Shown here piece by piece: positions 24,196 to 37,021 of a stretch of DNA of 64,000 nucleotides (the stretch's first letter is position 1; each line of letters starts with the position of its first letter). The notes under the pieces were generated by a model, which ran no database searches, was not told where the DNA came from, and worked only from the letters and a program-made list of their open reading frames with translations. A program made the translations under genes and the position numbers. The stretch comes from Octopus vulgaris (taxonomy: Eukaryota): positions 68,696,001 to 68,760,000 of the forward strand of contig OX597818.1 of the NCBI GenBank assembly GCA_951406725.2. The letters run 5' to 3'.

Positions 24196-25184
24196 TCAAT
24201 ATGGGAATATTGACTGTGATATTGGTAACCCTTTGACCAAAACCCACGTGGCATGCATTTTATGTGATTTTATTCCAAGTTCCAATCCTACCATGGCCTA
24301 CATGGATGGTCTACTTAATTCATTGCTCCTTACCTTGCCCTTCAGGTGTCTTTAATGCGATTCAGTTTGTTGAATTTATTTGGTGTTTGCTTTTAGTATA
24401 TCTTTCTCCCACCAATTTTCAGAGGCACCACAGAGGGTCAAGGCCAGTGTTGTCTTCCCTGATTAAAAGATGAAAGAAAAAACAAAAAACCTGTTAGCTT
24501 CTAAATAAGGGTTGTAATTATAAATACAACAGATTTTTATACTGCTTCCATCTATCAAATTCCACAGACAAGATTTTGTCCAAATCAAGTCTATTGTAAA
24601 AATTGGATCAAACACCTAATTGGATCGAACACCTAACCATGTGATTGCTAAGAGCAATTCTTCACCACACTGCCATTCCTGTGACCACCCACCATTAAGC
24701 AGAAGTATCCCTATTTAACGATAGATTCAATATTTTCATTAGATTAAATACATATTTGCTCCTGCCTCAAAGCAATAACTGATTCCAATATTTCAGTATT
24801 TCGCTATTTCTATGCAGACTATTTGATTTCCTCTCTTCGGAGGAAGAGTCTTTTATTTGACATCATTTGAATATAGAATTATTGATTTTTCAACTTTGGC
24901 ACAATGTGACAAATTGTGAAGAAGAAGGCGTTGAGTCGATTAAGTCTTTCCCAATATTTGACTAATAAATATTTTATTGACCCCAGAAGAATGAACGACA
25001 AATGCTGTTTGGATCTGAATTCGAAATCTAAAACTGACACAGTTAAATACCACCAGTCACCAGGTTTCTTAATCCACTGATTCTCTGTATCCATGTCACT
25101 GGGTGATATGGATAATCTTAATCCATGTTACTTAGAAGTACATTGGTATGCAGGTACATCACTAGAATATAATTTTTTTCTTTT

Positions 25185-25592
25185 CTTTCTTACTTATTTT
25201 AGTCATTAGACTGTGACCATGCTGGAGCACCACTATGGAGGATTTATAGTTGAACAAATCAAACATAGTACATTATACTGCTTGATAAGCTTGATGCTTA
25301 TTCTATCAGTCTCTTTTAGAAAACTGCTAGGTTACAAGGATATAAACACACCAACACCGGTTGTCAAGCAATGAAATGGGGGACAAACACAAACACAAAC
25401 ACCCCATACACACGCACACATACATATACACAACAGGCTTCTTTCAGTTTCCGTCTACCAAATCCATTCGCAAGGCTTTTGGTCGCCTGAGCTTATAGTA
25501 GAAAACACTTGCCCAAGGTGCCACACAGTGGGACTGAACCCAGAACCATCTGGTTAGGAAGCAAATGTCTCACCACACAGTCATGCCTGCAC
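25185..25592 (-). mobile_element. tRNA-derived SINE, family A
   Basis: Reverse complement of family A head, body and tail. Confidence 0.85.
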
Positions 25593-26679
25593 CAATGTAA
25601 ATTAATTTAAATGCAAATGTATTTTTTATTCATTGGAAATTTGCTATGATAACAATATTTAATATTAATTAACTCTTCGACAGCAAGAAACATGTTCTTT
25701 CTGGCTTCTTTGAGGCATCACCGAGAACAGAGAAACCTCCCCCCTCCCACCAGTGTGGCCTCTAGAGTAGCAGGGCATGGTAGAGACAGTCTGACCTAGG
25801 CACCACTTTTGAGTATTCTGTATATGTGTTTCTGTGGGGTCTGGGGATGGCAAACGGAAGGGCCACTCTGGGCAACATGCACTCTAGCTGCATTCAAAAT
25901 TATTGTGGTCTTACTTGCACTGGTGCCTTGAAAAAGCATCCAATACACTCTATAGGAAGGCATCCAGCTTTAGGTACCATGCCAAAGTGCACAATTGGAC
26001 CCAATTCCTTGGACCTAATGGATCTGGTCAAACCGTCCAACAGCATGGCACATGAATGTTAAATGATGACAATGACAATGGCGATGATGATGATGACAAC
26101 GATAATGCCTGTATTTTGTTTCTTTGCTAAAAACTCAACAGCATCGTTTCTCATGTTCTTTAAGCTTGTATGCATACAATCCATCCCACACACCTTCACC
26201 CCCACCTCGCACCCAGCTGCGCCCACCTCCTACCAAAAAAAAAAATCTGCTCCAAACCCTCACCATAGTATAGCAAAATGTTTGGTGACATTTTGTCCGT
26301 TTTTACATACTAAGTTCAAATTCCATTAAGGTGGACTTTGCTTTTCATCCTTTCAGGTTTAATAAAATGATGAATATCGGCTGAGCACGCCCACCCCACC
26401 CCACCACCCCTGCTGACCTGTAATTGAAGACCAAGGGCCAGAATTTGAAACTAATATATTCATATTTTCAAATTTTAATACAATTGGCAATTTTAGCCGT
26501 GGCTACTCTCATCACGAAAGAGAAAGTTGGAGCAACTGGGGTGGGGGTTGAAATCTACCCTCTCCCCCCCATACACACACAAAGAAAAAGAAAACCGGGT
26601 TCAAATTATGCCTAGCCAACACTCACCAACTGGTACAGCTAGGTAGATTCTACAATGGTGTCACTAGTTGTTTAGGTAC

Positions 26680-26955
26680 ACCGGTGCTGGTGGCATGTAA
26701 AATGTACCATTTGAGCGTGGTCGATACTAGTGCCGCCTGACTGGCTCCCATGCCGATGGCCCATAAAAAGCACCCACTACACTCTCGGAGTGGTTGGCAT
26801 TAGCAAGTGTATCTAGCTATAGAAACCTTGGCAGATCAGTTTTGAGCCTGGTGCAGCCCTCTGGTTTGCCAGTCCTCAGTCGAACCGTCCAACCCATGCC
26901 AGCATGGAAAGCGGACATTAAGTGATAATAATTATGATGATGATGATGATGATAT
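26680..26955 (+). mobile_element. RTE-family 3'-UTR fragment
   Basis: aaaaagcacccactacactctcggagtggttggc..ccgtccaacccatgccagcatggaaagcggacattaa plus (GAT)n. Confidence 0.8.
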
Positions 26956-26956
26956 T

Positions 26957-27290
26957 ACAGCATAACAGCATCGACCAGACTATCAGATGCTGTTATACAC
27001 CACTGGTCACAATGTGCTTCCAATCAAGTCTTGATTGTGCTATTCTTTCCCACCTTGATACAAATTTCTTGACTAAACCATCTTCCCATCATCGTGGAGG
27101 CCTTCCAAGTGGCCTTTTGCAATTTCTTGGATATCACTCAGCAATTGCATGTTTCCACCTGTTATCTGTGAACCTTGTGACATATCTGGTCAAGTGGAAC
27201 TTGTGCTTTTGGTCCTCTGAGATCACACTGTTCACTTCACTCTCTTCTCAAGGCACGCACATACTCATTAGTCGCAAGAGATCGAAAGGG
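26957..27290 (-). mobile_element. Second RTE-clade LINE family, C-terminal fragment
   Basis: Minus-strand translation YVTRFTDNRWKHAIAE*YPRNCKRPLGRPPR*WEDGLVKKFVSRWERIAQSRLDW, a typical RTE C-terminus; tail-to-tail with the preceding element, sharing the GAT/ATC tract. Confidence 0.75.
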
Positions 27291-27918
27291 TGTCTATGTT
27301 TACCGGTGACTATAATCAGGAAAGTTATTTAGTCACAAGTGAACAGAGACCCACTTCAGGTCTCTGGAACAGGATATCCAGGATGTGGCTGCTGGTGGAA
27401 GGTTGTCTGTCCCAGCTAATTGCTGGTCCCCATTTAGAGATGTGTAGACTGGAAGAGTATGAGATGAAGTGTCTTGCTCAAGGACTTAACACATAAACTA
27501 GTGCTGAAATTGAATCCATGACTTTGGAATTGTTGGCCTAATATCCACGTTCCTTGGCAACAAATTTTGGTGTCTTGTCTTGAATTTAAAATCTACACTG
27601 AAGAAAAAAGAAAAGAGGAAGAGACAGCACAAGTGAGAGAGAGAGAGAGAGAGAGAGAGTGAGAGTGTAAATGAAGAATAGACGGAAATGGGTGGGGGGC
27701 GTAAATCATACAAAGAATAATAACGAGAAGGTAATTAAACAAACCAACCAAGTCTATTTACTTTTTGTATTCTTGAAAAAGACAAAATAAGAAACTTATC
27801 TATTCTGTCTAGCTTATGAACAATTTTCTGCTACCATTTTGACACATATCTTATGAGGTCTGCTAGAATTGACAGGTTGGACATTACCAACCCATTGCCC
27901 CACACCACCAACATTCCC

Positions 27919-27955
<37 letters not shown>

Positions 27956-28589
27956 CTATTTTATATATATATATATGGATATACATATACAAACATACAC
28001 ACATTCTCATAAACAGACTCAGATACAGACAGACAGACAGAAAGACAGAGACAAACAGACAGACAGAGTATTAGATTGAGAAACAGATACAGATGTAGAT
28101 GAATGCATGCATACAGTCTCCATAATGTGTGTATTGGGTCCTCATTTGAATTGCAGTCCGTCAAAGTCTACACTAATCATATTTTATATATCATTATTAC
28201 CATCATCATCATCGTCATGATCATTTTCCCATCCTCTTTTCTTTATTTGGATGGGCTGAAAGGAGTTGATTGAGGCAGAATTTCTGCTGCTGGATAACCT
28301 CGCTGTCACCAACCATCATCCTGTTTCTCTAGCAAAGATAATATTTCCCCATGGGGAGTTACGTTCTTGCAGAATATTGCAAAAGAATGACATTTATTTA
28401 TAACAATCTTGCAACGCCAAGATGCGGAGACATCAGCATATACACATATACAACAGGCTTCTTTCTGTTTCCATCTACCACATCTGCTCAAAAGGTTTTG
28501 GTCAATCTGGAACTATGGTAGAAGACACTTACTCAAGATGCAAAGCTGGCGGACTAAAGCAAACATCTTCACCACATTTCCACACTTGA

Positions 28590-28746
28590 ATCTTGATAAA
28601 ACTTGGTCCATCATAAGGCATGTGAAGCCATACAATATCATTTCCAGGAGATGCCATCTCTGCTCCAAGAAATCCTTGTCTATTCTGTGGACCAATGAGA
28701 AGATCATTAACAGAATCTCTGGAAGACTCTCAAGATGCCTTCACAC
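28590..28746 (+). pseudogene. Penelope-like element GIY-YIG endonuclease C-terminal fragment
   Basis: WSIIRHVKPYNIISRRCHLCSKKSLSILWTNEKIINRISGRLSRCLH matches the W.I....PY.....C.LC..EK..I....LN.R.E....C.H pattern of PLE endonucleases (recalled consensus). Confidence 0.7.
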
Positions 28747-30191
28747 AATGCAGTGGGAATGAATTTGAATAACTGTTAACTTAATTTAATTTAAGGTATG
28801 GATGACTTAAGTTTACTTTTAACCTCCCCATTCTTATAAACACCAAGTAAATAACTCCCTTTGGGATTGTGAGTGCACCAAACCACGTGTGTGCATATGC
28901 TTACGTTTTCCTGGATGCTTGTATGAGCGAGTGTACATGCACCATGCAGCCTGCGCAAGGGCATTTGTACATCCAGATCTGTTAACGGTTATTTTTCAAT
29001 ACTTTTCTCGCTGTATTGTGTTCTCTTTTCTTTCTTGCATCTGTGATTTTATTTTTGATCTTCTATAAATGAAGATATTTCCTTTGTTTTGCTGTTTTTC
29101 TTTCTACAAAATGAGAAGATGCATTACAGAACTGTTACAGAACCGTAATTTCCTCTGTAAGGATCAGGGGCCTCCGATCAGCCTTTAGCACTTCATCTCA
29201 TGTCTTCGGGAATCACCCTCCTCCACAAGTTCCAACAACATTAAACAATCAGCCCTTCTTTACTTGTTAGTTGTCCATAAGACTGAAATATAAGCGCACT
29301 CAATATAAGTGCTAGAGTAGTCATATTTTCATATTACCAAGCAATATATTACTGATTATGGCAAATAAATGGTCAGAAAGTTACTGTTAGATTCATAGCG
29401 AATATTTATACCAGACAATATGGAGGACACATCACACATGCTGGCTAAAAGTGTGTTGCCTCTTTTAAGTTGAAAGACTCTGTTCTTCTTTATCATTTTT
29501 TTTTTTGTTATGGTAAAAATGTGTAACGACTGAAAAATATCTTACAGGAGAAAGAAAGAGCTATGTTCCATGGATTGGTGCAAGCTGTGGGGGAAGTATT
29601 TGTGTATGAATCCTTGTTTAGTCTGAAAAGGGACACGACTACATTTCCAAAACAAGTTTGTGTCCATTGAGGGCAGTATCCAGAAATTTCCCATTTTGTG
29701 TTCTGGAAAGCTCCTGAATATTTTTTAGAGTGATTCTCTTTTCCACCGAGTCAAGTCTACCTCTCCTGTTTCCCTTCAGATATGGCCTAGAAAGTTCTGA
29801 CCACTTCTGGCTGATGCTAGGTGGTGCTTTGTTCTCTTTTAGTTGTCATATATTTACAATGCAGAAGCTGACAATTTCTTTGAAGTTTTAGATATGTAGC
29901 CTTTAACCATGCATAAAAATAAGCATTAATATGTATGTATGTATTTGTGTGTGTGTATATATGTATGTATATGTATGTGTGTGTATGTATGTATGTATGT
30001 ATATGTGTGTGTATGTATGCATGTATGTATGTATGTATGTATGTATATGTATGTGTGTGTATATATGTATCTATGAATGTATATATATATGTATGCGTGT
30101 ATATATATATGATGATATATATATATGTGTGTGTATATGTATATATACAATCATATATATGTATGCGTGTGTGTGTGTATGTGTGTGTGTA

Positions 30192-30957
30192 CAGAGTGTG
30201 ATGAGTAAATTTATTCAATAAAGCTGCCATTAGCTTCAAACACGACCTCCAGACGACTTTGGAATCTCCTGCAACTCTTCTGGATGGTCTCCTTGTTTAA
30301 GTTGGTGAATGCTGTCTTCAGTTCATCTTTGGTGTTACAAGGGAGTTTTGTTGATCTCTCACTCAACTGCACCCCACACATAATAATCAAGGGGAGTTGC
30401 AGTGTGGGGAGTTAAGTGACCAGATGTTAGGGGTGATGTTGTCACAGAAATTGACAGACAGCATTGACTGGGTTCCCCTGCTTGTGTGGTATGGTGCAGA
30501 GTCGTGTTACCAGACATAGAGTCTTCCAGTAGACACCCTCTTGCCCCAGGGCAGCATTACCTCCTCCAGGCACTTGATGTAGGCCTCCATGTTGAGTCTG
30601 AGGAAGTGTGAGAAGATGAATGGAGGCACATGTCGCCATCACTAGTGATCACTCCAGACACCATGATGTTGACTGGATGTTTGATTTTTATCATTCTCAG
30701 TGCATGTTTGTATTCACACAGGTTTAGACTGGAGCTTCCAGTGCTTCATACTGGAGCTTCCACATGAATGCCAAGCAGTACAGCATGTCATTTCCAAATT
30801 TCTGGCTAAGTGAATGGTATCATGGTGCTGTGTAATTCTCACAGACAGTGCCCAACTGACCCTACTATACTGTGTAGTCAACAAAATCAAAAACAAACAA
30901 TGCACGTGCATGAAATAAAAGATATAAAATAGCAGCAATTTACCATCACGCACTCTG
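30192..30957 (-). mobile_element. Tc1/mariner DD37D (maT-like) remnant with TIRs
   Basis: TIRs cagagtgtgatgagtaaatt / aatttaccatcacgcactctg, TA on the left; minus-strand HDSAPYHTS..IWSLNSPHCN..DYYVWGAVE gives 37 residues between the last two Asp after correcting one frameshift; homologous to 6740-7976. Confidence 0.85.
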
Positions 30958-31570
30958 TGCGTGAGTGTGTGAACGTGTGCATGCATGTGTACGTGTGTGT
31001 ATGTGTATATGTATGTATAAATACACGTGCACGCACATACACATACAAACATATATATATATTTCTTTATATCTATTTATTTATTTATCTATTTTACAAT
31101 CATTCTATTTTGCTGCCATTCATTTCCCCTCCATTGTTAAATATCATTTCCTTCTTTCTCTAATAATCCGCCATCATTAAATGTCTCACCTACTTCTCTG
31201 CAGTTTCCTCTTTCCCCCCTTTCTTCCTCTTCCGCTTTCTGTCATTCATTTTAATAAAATTTTCCTCTTTTAATTTTTTAAAGCAATGTGGTTTGGTCTG
31301 GAGGAGGACCGGCCATAATCGATCTATGAATTATTATTAAAGCAATCAACTTTCAACTGAAAGGTTGACAGTTCATATTATCTACAATGTATTATACTGT
31401 CACATGACAGAAGATAGGGGCCATGGCTGACTTTACTGTATCTTCCTGCAATTAGATTGTTGCTTTTGCTTTTGCTGCTGTTATTAACGCAAGATCTCCT
31501 TGAACAGGACAAACCAGTAATAGGAGGAGACATTCTATAACCCATCACCAAGACATACATACATATACAA

Positions 31571-31624
<54 letters not shown>

Positions 31625-31649
31625 GGTTTGGCGATGATGTACAGGTATT

Positions 31650-31792
31650 ATATATTAGAAAAAATGAGGTTCTCAGAAATCTGGATGGTTTTATATTTAC
31701 AGATATTTATTAGAAATGAGGTACATACTAATAAATATCTGTAAATATAAAACTATCCAGATTGCTGAGTACCTCATTTCTTCTAATATATA
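31650..31792. repeat. Inverted repeat (about 63-bp arms) in TA array
   Basis: atatattagaaaaaatgaggttctcagaaatctggatggttttatatttacagatatttattag vs ctaataaatatctgtaaatataaaactatccagattgctgagtacctcatttcttctaatatat. Confidence 0.85.
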
Positions 31793-31802
31793 TATATATA
31801 AA

Positions 31803-32407
31803 TATACTTAAATATAAGAGAGTTACCGCTAAGTGATTAACTCTAGTGCTAAAAATAGCTCCTTATTCTGGTATAGCCACCAAAGTTGTTTCCACCAAGA
31901 AATAACATTACCTTCAACCTAAGGAAAGTGAAATACAACGAAAAGATAGTATTCGTTTCCACTAAGTCTTACCATGCTTTTGGCGGGGAACCTGAATCAC
32001 AACTATGTATGCAATCGATTGGACCGCATGGGTATTTGACGCTTGTGAGGGTGTAATAAATTGTATCGAAGACAAATGCCGCTGATGATTTATAGATAAA
32101 TATGTGAGTATAATTACATATTATATTAATAAATAAAGAAACAATTGTTCGGCATTAATCTATCTTTTCGTTGTATTTCACTTTCCTTAGGTTGAAGGTA
32201 ATGTTATTTCTTGGTGGAAACAACTTTGGTGGCTATACCAGAATAAGGAGCTATTTTTAGCACTAGAGTTAACCACTTAGTGGTAACTCTCTTATATTTA
32301 AGTATAAATTTGTATTGTCTCCCTGGTTTTTTATGTGCTAAGCCACTTGGTGTTAAACTGATGGTATCATTAAATTAATATCTAATTTTTCACCCTCATT
32401 TATGAAT
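31803..32407 (+). mobile_element. Hammerhead-bearing fold-back element (Penelope pLTR / retrozyme-like)
   Basis: 147-bp inverted arms 31803-31949 / 32160-32306 (two mismatches by eye), hammerhead in the spacer, about 100-bp unique tail beyond the right arm, TA-rich flanks. Confidence 0.8.
32075..32156 (+). ncRNA. Type I hammerhead ribozyme
   Basis: Stem I aatgccg/cggcatt (7 bp), CTGATGA 32082-32088, stem II tttat/ataaa extended by aatatgtga/ttacatatt, GAAA 32138-32141, palindromic stem III ACAATTGT, GUU triplet with predicted cleavage after 32149. Confidence 0.85.
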
Positions 32408-32449
32408 ATATATAAATATATATACACACACACACACTTATACATAATG

Positions 32450-32822
32450 GTAGTTGTCTACTCCTTATGCAGAGTTTGACCACCTCCTATACCTACACCA
32501 TAAAACTATCATTTTAAACCAGACAATGTTCTGAAAAGACACCCACATAGATTGCATATCCGATTTGGACCACCAAGAGCTACAGATAAGTTCTGATCTT
32601 TGAGGACCTTAAAATGTCTTTTAAGGCCTTTGTTAGATTTGCAAACCTTCTGGCATACACAGCATTGGAAGGTGTGCACACATATTTTTTGTATTCTCGT
32701 TTATGAGAGCAGTGGAGTTTATTTCAGATATCCTTGTTTTAAAAATCATCCCTGTCTAATCATTGAGAGGATGCTGGTGTTGCCCTGGCGAAGGTTTGCA
32801 CTCTCTGAGTGCTCTTGTTAAT
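32450..32822 (+). mobile_element. Possible non-autonomous Helitron/Helentron-type element
   Basis: 3' end 'ggcgaaggtttGCACTCtctGAGTGCtcttgtt': subterminal hairpin followed by CTTG-TT; internal 'ttgaggaccttaaaatgtc' shared with about 35460. Confidence 0.4.
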
Positions 32823-33122
32823 ATTGAAATAAAGAAAATGGAGAAAGATGGATGTATGAATAATTTATTATATTCTGCATGCATCCTTCAAAGTAAAATG
32901 TTAATCTTGGTTCTATAAGCTCATAATAACCCTGAAGAAGTTCTGCCTTATATAGTTAAAAATGATACCTTTCTTAGCATCTAACCAAATGCTTAAAATT
33001 GCATATCAGCTATGGACTAGAACTGAAGCATATTTGTAGGTCTTTGTGTATATCCCATTTTCTTTTTGAGCTTTACAACTTATAATTTATTTGTAGGACA
33101 TTGGGGAGATGATGTAATCAAT

Positions 33123-33480
33123 ATATTCTTTTCTATTCTAGGCACAAGGCCCAAAATGTTTGCAGAGTGGTGGTGGGGGGTTGATTTGATCGACCCCAGT
33201 ACACAGCTGGTACTTAATTTATTGACCCCAAAAGGATGAAAGGCAAATCGACCTTGGCGGAATTGGAACTCAAAACGTAAACACAGACGAAATACCACTA
33301 AGCATTTCACCCAGCATGCTAAGGTTTCTACCAGCTGACCGCCTTCTACCAAGGTTGACTTTGCCGTTAATCCTTTCGGGGTCAATAAATTAAGTGCCAG
33401 TTGCATACTGGGATCAATCTCATCAACTGGCCCCCTCCCCAAAAATTTTGGTCCTTGTGCCTAGAATAGAGAAAAGGATA
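33123..33480. mobile_element. Two family B-variant SINE segments head-to-head (full copy on -, 5'-truncated copy on +)
   Basis: 33125-33344 (-) full copy; 33349-33478 (+) repeats core and tail 'ccttgtgcctagaatag' in inverted orientation. Confidence 0.8.
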
Positions 33481-33710
33481 TAATGAACATATTAGTGTAA
33501 CTAACACCATCCATCATAGGCATCAGATGTGTTTCTTCAGGTAAATATTTTTTATACATTCTTCATTCGCTCATATTGCCATTTTGCTGTGTGTGAGAAA
33601 GAATTCCCAAAGCAGTGATTGCATCTGGTGGCCAGTAGCAGTAGAGCAGCTTTGCATAGCATAATACAAGGTTTTTACACAAGCATCATTTAACAACACG
33701 CACACACTTT

Positions 33711-33960
33711 GAGGCGGTGCGTGGCTTAGTGGTTAGGGTGTTGAACTCATGATCGTAAGGCTGTGGTTTCGATTCCTGGACCAGGCGATGCGTTGTGTTC
33801 CTGAGCAAAACATTTCATTTCCCATTGCTCCAGTCCACTCAGCTGGCAAAAATGAGTAATCCTTCAATGGACCGGCATTCCATCCAGGTGGGGGGAATTT
33901 CTACGCCACTGAAACCGAGAAACTGGCCCTTATGAGTCTGGCATGGCTCAAGAAGGAACA
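33711..33960 (+). mobile_element. tRNA-derived SINE, family C
   Basis: A box TGGCTTAGTGG, B box GTTTCGATTCC, body 'gtgttcctgagcaaaaca', tail 'ggcccttatgagtctggcatggctcaagaaggaaca' shared with 38852-39159. Confidence 0.85.
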
Positions 33961-35326
33961 CTCACACACACATATAAATAAACCATTTTGTTAGGTTTAA
34001 TATGATTAAGTGCACATCCATGTTGTTATTTCACCCCAGGTTTATTCCGAATGAGCAAACCCCTAAAAATATTAGAGCAACAGAAACAGTACAAATGCCA
34101 AATGGTGATTTTGATCTCCAGCTCAACGTGCAGGTTGTGTTAGAACAGAGAATACTGTATTATTTGCCTGGAGAGAAACTCTCTCAAGGACTTGAGGTGC
34201 ATAAAAGCACTTGAAGCTATATCATTAGCAGATGAGAACCATAGTAGACGGTTCTCATCTGTTGTCAGTATAAGCATGAGTGCCCCTATGCGCCACATGT
34301 CCATATGAGAGACTCTCTCAAGACAGGCTTTGGGATTGTGATGATGTGATTGTTTATTTTTAGAATGACATTGTAGGGTAGGTGTGAGAGGCTGGATATG
34401 GTCAGTCAGCACGTAAAAGAGAGAGAATAGTTAGGCCAGCTATGGTCAATTTAAATGCTGAAAGGTCAAACCAGAGAAGTGACCTGAATGCTTAAAACAG
34501 AATGGACTCCGCTACAGGCCCCCAAGGTAGCCGGTGGAGATTAATCAGGTTAAGGATTAAGTTTACCATGAGTGTAGGCCATGGCAGGATTTGAACTCTC
34601 AGCATAAAGCATGCAAAGAAATACTGCAGGGTACACCCCCTCCGATGCTGTAATTCTTTCGCCAAACTGCCTTGTAAATGATACTTTATTTATTGACCCC
34701 GCAAGAATGAAAAGTAAAAGTTGACATCATTGGGGTTTGAACTCAGAAAGGAAAGTAGTTGGATAAATACTGTTGTTCTAATAACACTACCAATTCACTA
34801 CCAACTAGGATTAATTATACATAGCACCCAAATGCTTAAGACCTTGCTAACAGTGTATTTGAACTCAGCACCCTTTGATGATGAAATCAAAAGTCTACCC
34901 ACTCAGACGTTTTCCGTCAACAGTCAGATTAATTGGTACATATTGTATGGTGATTGACAGTCATTCTACGACAAGCTGAACTCTATTTCACACAGTTTCA
35001 CTGACTACATAATGAGATTATCCTCTCACAGAAGCACCAAACATCTTTATTCTCCAAATTATTCAAAAGGATATACAAAAGAAACTATCTATAAATGATA
35101 CATGAACATTTTGAATATTAAGCTGATGAAAGAGAATCACAGGACAATCACCAAACATAGATTCTATTTAACTCTGGAGACATTCTTGGTGCTTTAACAA
35201 AAGCAATCAAGGTAGAGCAAGGCCATCATAGGAAATTATGATTTAAAGAAAGCCTCTTCTAAGCAATCATTATATATTTATTGTCAGATTAGAAATCATC
35301 ATTATAGTCGTCTTTCTTATCTCTGT

Positions 35327-35392
<66 letters not shown>

Positions 35393-36723
35393 GGCCTTAA
35401 TCTATCTGAGATTTGATTTTGCTGCATCTCCTCATGTCTTCAGGGGTTTTTCTCTCTGCCTTGAGGACTTTAAAATGTCAACTGTGGGGGAAATCTGTGC
35501 TAAAATGACCCACTTTGCACTTCCTCAATTTAGCCCGAATAATAACAACATTTCACTAAAAAGGGTTTGAGGAAATAAAGACACATTGAAAATTGTAGTC
35601 CTAAGAACTCTATGGTAACAACAACAACAACAACAACAAAATAAGCAAAAAACAAACAGTCATCATGATTAGAAAACATTTGAACTTTAATTGAGTTTGG
35701 GTCAGAGGTGTCCTAAGCCAGATATTGGACTGCATTGACTGGTGATACTCCAGCTTAGGTATTCATGAGTTTTGGGGAGTATGGGGTTTACTCCTTCATC
35801 AACATTACTCTCACATCTGTTCTAGCCTTTAATTGTCAAGGACCTCAGTTATGGATCAAATTACAGAAGATGATTCTGTGGTTAATGCATACAGAAATCT
35901 GTGGAGGGTTGCTCAAGTCCAGCAGTATGTGAACATGACTTGATATCAAGTGAACCAGTCCTTCCCTTCACAAAGGGTAAAATGGGTCCTGTGCCTCAAG
36001 AGTAAGCCTGAGAAAGTAGGCAACTGTCAGAGTAAACAATAAAGAACGTAAAAGAATGCACTTGCTGTGTCATTCTCTGCAATGATCATGAACCTTCAAA
36101 GTTTGACATAAAGGCCTAAGGTCACTGGTGATGATAGACCCTATGGCACATGAAGGGAGAGAAGGGCTGAGAGAGGAGGCTAAGCAATAACAACAACAAT
36201 ACCTGCTGTCTGCACTTGTTAGTTTTTCACCACTCAGACAATCATCAACACCACCACTTCACATACATGAAAGGATACATAGTTTCCCTTTCGATACATG
36301 TCTTCCTTTCTTTTCAAATTAGTTAATCAACAGTTTATAATTAGCAGAATCATTAAATGTGCTTGATAGAACGCTAAGTTATTTAGCTGCTTCCCAATAT
36401 GTTGCAAGTTCAAACCCAGCCTAGTTCAAAGCATCCTATATCGTTTTGTGGCCCATGAAACAATATACCAATTTATATTCCTTTAAGATGGGTCAGAGAC
36501 CTCACTGGCCATGGGAAAAATTTTACCCACTTACAAATAGGAAAACTACCCAGTCACAAAGAAAGTGTCAGGTAACGAAGAAATCAATTTGTGATGATGT
36601 GCTTTGAACAAAGGCATTCTTGCAGCTACCCTTTTATTTTACACACACACACACAACCCTATATATATATATATATGTTCAAGAGACCAAAGTGTACATA
36701 CACCGCTATATTTTATATATAAA

Positions 36724-36868
36724 AAATACTAAAATGGGACAAGAACGCTAAAACTCCGAATGATCCGTCCTTGTTTTCCTTCTATCATCTGTCTGGATAT
36801 TTTGTTATCCTTTTTTTTGGTTCACCTAACTGTCTGGATGTTTTACGTTCTTGTCCCATTTTTGTATT
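36724..36868. repeat. Short fold-back element between TA/CA arrays
   Basis: atactaaaatgggacaagaacgctaaaac ... gttttacgttcttgtcccatttttgtat inverted arms. Confidence 0.7.
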
Positions 36869-36878
36869 ATACACACAA

Positions 36879-36923
<45 letters not shown>

Positions 36924-36974
36924 CGTAATATATACATATATATATTATATATACATATATATACATATATATAT

Positions 36975-37020
<46 letters not shown>

Positions 37021-37021
<1 letters not shown>

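Noticed and set aside
29120-29900. Possible CR1/L2 endonuclease remnant on the minus strand
   Set aside because: Only an isolated SDH-like word; no continuous alignable translation by eye
33711-33790. Possible tRNA gene (A and B boxes); also 39080-39155 and the heads of family A/B copies
   Set aside because: Continues into SINE body and tail, some copies have TSDs, and no clean cloverleaf is evident; these are tRNA-derived SINE heads
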